DNA of 64,000 nucleotides, from positions 63,798,001 to 63,862,000 of the forward strand of contig NC_091995.1 in NCBI RefSeq assembly GCF_044704955.1, given 5' to 3'. Made by a program: the position numbers and the translations under genes. Source of the stretch: Pristiophorus japonicus. Taxonomy: Eukaryota. This document shows positions 61,531 through 64,000 of this stretch, in pieces. Below the pieces are notes generated by a model. The model had not been told where the DNA came from and did not search any database. It saw only the letters and a list, made by a program, of their open reading frames with translations. Positions within the stretch are counted from its first letter, which is position 1. The number at the start of each line of letters is the position of its first letter.

Positions 61531-64000
61531 TATGTTGCCACTGCTCTCATAGTTGCCTGTCTGATCTCCCAATGGTGCAAGTGTGCCCATTCTTCCTGCT
61601 AGTCTGACCACTATGGGTGTCATTTTTACTTTTGGCGCTAATATTAAACGGGCAATATTGGATCAGCCACCTGTTACACATTTCTCCCAATTTTAATTTC
61701 CATTGAAGTCATGTACCATCCTTAAACAAATGTTCTGCTGTTTAAGTTACTGAGGAGGGTCCTTTAATATGCACTTGCCAAGGTAATAATAAGATTGACA
61801 GCATGTCCAGTGCTGCCTAATCCAGTCAGCTAAAGGGCATGCGTAGGGTCCGTGGAGTCAAGGGGAAAGGTGATGTGGGCCACCAGGGTAGGACAAGGAG
61901 ATGCCTCGGAAACAACCATTCGACCCCATACCGAAATATTTTACCTTGAAAGCACAAAGTAAATCTAGAAACTCCGGCAGGGAATTCCCAGAACTCTGTC
62001 ATGTGCAGTTCATTGGATGCATGCTGAACACAACTGAATAAATATGTAATCATTCCTCTCGGAATGAACCCCGGCATTTTGTTTGCATTTTTACGGCCTT
62101 ATCAACTTGTGTTGCTAGCAATTTATGCATCTGTATTATTACTACAGTATTTATCTTTTAGCTCCTCTACCTCATTTAATGTCTTGCCTTCCAAAGATAA
62201 AGTGGCCTCCTTACTCCAGTGAGATTGTGAAACTCAGTCCCAATGACTGAGATATAGTTGGAGACATTTATAATACAATCCTGTTTTTGGCACTTGTGGG
62301 TTATTTTGGCACTAGTTTGGCTTGTTGAAGCCATCTCATATAAATGGTGCCTGAAAAGGGACGCTTGTTGCATTGATTGTTGTTTGGTGACCTTGGGGCA
62401 AGCCAGTGTCATCCTTATTGGTCCATCAAAAAGGCCCAATGGCTGAGAATCGGTCTCGATCGATAGCGCCTTCTGCACTCAATGCCATCCAATCTGACAA
62501 GATGTGTTCTCTCAATCAGCATCGACACCCATTGGGCGAGTGAACTGTTGATGTCACTGGTCACAAGGGCCGACCAATAACGATTTGATTAAAAGTGATA
62601 TTTGATTGGTCAACTCATGGTTAGAGTCCAGGTATAAAGCAGAGCTGTGGTCAGTGCAAGCTGGAGAGACAGTTAGTGTGGAGGTGATTGGTATGCTGGT
62701 TTGATGGTATTTGCGGTCTTCCTGAAGTTCTCTGGAGCTACACAAGAGAAAGAGCAAACTTTTAGTGAGTGGGCAATTATTTCTCAGTCCCTGCACTAAA
62801 TTGATGGTTTCCTTCTGTCTCCAGTTGGGACCCACAATGTTTCAGGGTTGAATCGGGAGCAGTTCCTGCCCTGGTGTTGTTTGGACTAGTTGCTGTTATC
62901 TTTTATTTACGGGTTGCAGGTTTGTTGGGTTTTCCCGGTCTGGGGTGGGCTCCTGGGCTTGGCTGCTCATTCCCTTCTGAGTTGGGGCAAGACTCTTTTG
63001 CATGTTCTTCGGCTGGGAGAGCAGTGCCACCGTCATTTCTGAGCTCGCTTCATTTAGTCTCCTCTCTATTTACTGACATTACCGGGTCCTCAAGGTATGT
63101 TCAGGGTAAGATCCTAACTGAGCTGATATTGTTTCCTTCTGCTGCAGATTAAATCTGACATTCACTGTAAAACTAGCAGATATCAAAGTGGTGCCAAAAT
63201 ATATTTGCCTTGGAAATGGGGTGTACCAAATGCCACCATGAGTTCTATGATAGAAGGAGGGGAATTGTACAATTCCGGTAAGTTATCGTTCTTTGCCCTC
63301 TGTCTCTGAAATCCAGCTGTTTGGGAGTTACATGGTTTAGTGGCCGAGTCTGGAGAAGGTTCAATCGGTGTCTGGGATGTTTAAGGTCTCCTGACTATTC
63401 TAAAGATCTCCTTTCTGGTAGTGGTGAGGATCTGAAGAGAATTGTGCATTTCTGTTGTGCCTTTCATTTTTTATTTGTCCCAAAGTGCCTTACAGCCAAT
63501 GCAATCATTTGGAAGCGGAGTCACTGTTGCAAGGTTGTGATGTGAGCCTGGAGATTAATCTCAGCCTAGATCTAGTGGATTGCTGCACATCATTCAACTG
63601 TTTCTAATCTTCTGGGCTTGGAGAGATGAACTGTATGGGGAATAGAATTCTAATTACTAATTCTCTCGGGAGCTGTGACAGTGGCTCCGGGTCACGGGCC
63701 TGGGGGTAGTTTAAGCCTCCAGTTCATCTGCTGGCCCTTAATGGGTTTGTTAAATTTGGTAGGTTTTTGGAACACAAGTTTGCAATCAGACATATCTTTT
63801 TCCTGAAGGTATTCCACCATTGAGTTCCTTCAATCAAACTGGGCCAAAGCGAATTAGAATGAGACCCATCAGTCTGCTGCTTTTGAACCCAATGTTGGCT
63901 GTTTAAGGCCCACTTGCTCCCTTGCCTCACTTGTGTCTGACGTTTGGAAAGCAAATCATGTGGAATTTTTGAAACGAAGTACAATTAATCTTTACATTTC

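Overview
Vertebrate genomic DNA, almost certainly from a cartilaginous fish (shark-type Ig cluster, CR1 LINEs, Deu-domain SINEs). Bases 1 to ~17,620 (+) hold a nearly complete IgM heavy-chain cluster: leader, VH, JH, CH1-CH4 with secretory tail, TM1 and TM2. The V exon is open and has a 23-spacer RSS. The J is preceded by a 12-spacer RSS and no free D segments are visible, which suggests a germline-joined V-(D)J arrangement. The constant region carries several disabling lesions: CH1 Cys>Phe, a 79-bp CH3 duplication, and 1-nt deletions in the secretory tail and TM1. The 3' part of this cluster and its downstream flank (~15.0-24.8 kb) recur inverted at ~41.7-47.9 kb. That copy holds an orphan, in-frame TM1 exon with a dead splice donor and no TM2. 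It is cut off by a ~10-kb hierarchical 23/16-bp satellite (47.9-57.8 kb) whose units carry AGCT and very often CACAGTG. The spacer between the arms is nested TEs: a decayed full Gypsy, a gag-protease-only LTR family with TSDs and a tRNA-Ser PBS, a Tx1 tail, and CR1 elements. 57.8-64 kb is poorly resolved (MITE-like element, SINE, possible LTR/ERV relics). All coordinates were read by eye; repeat boundaries are approximate.
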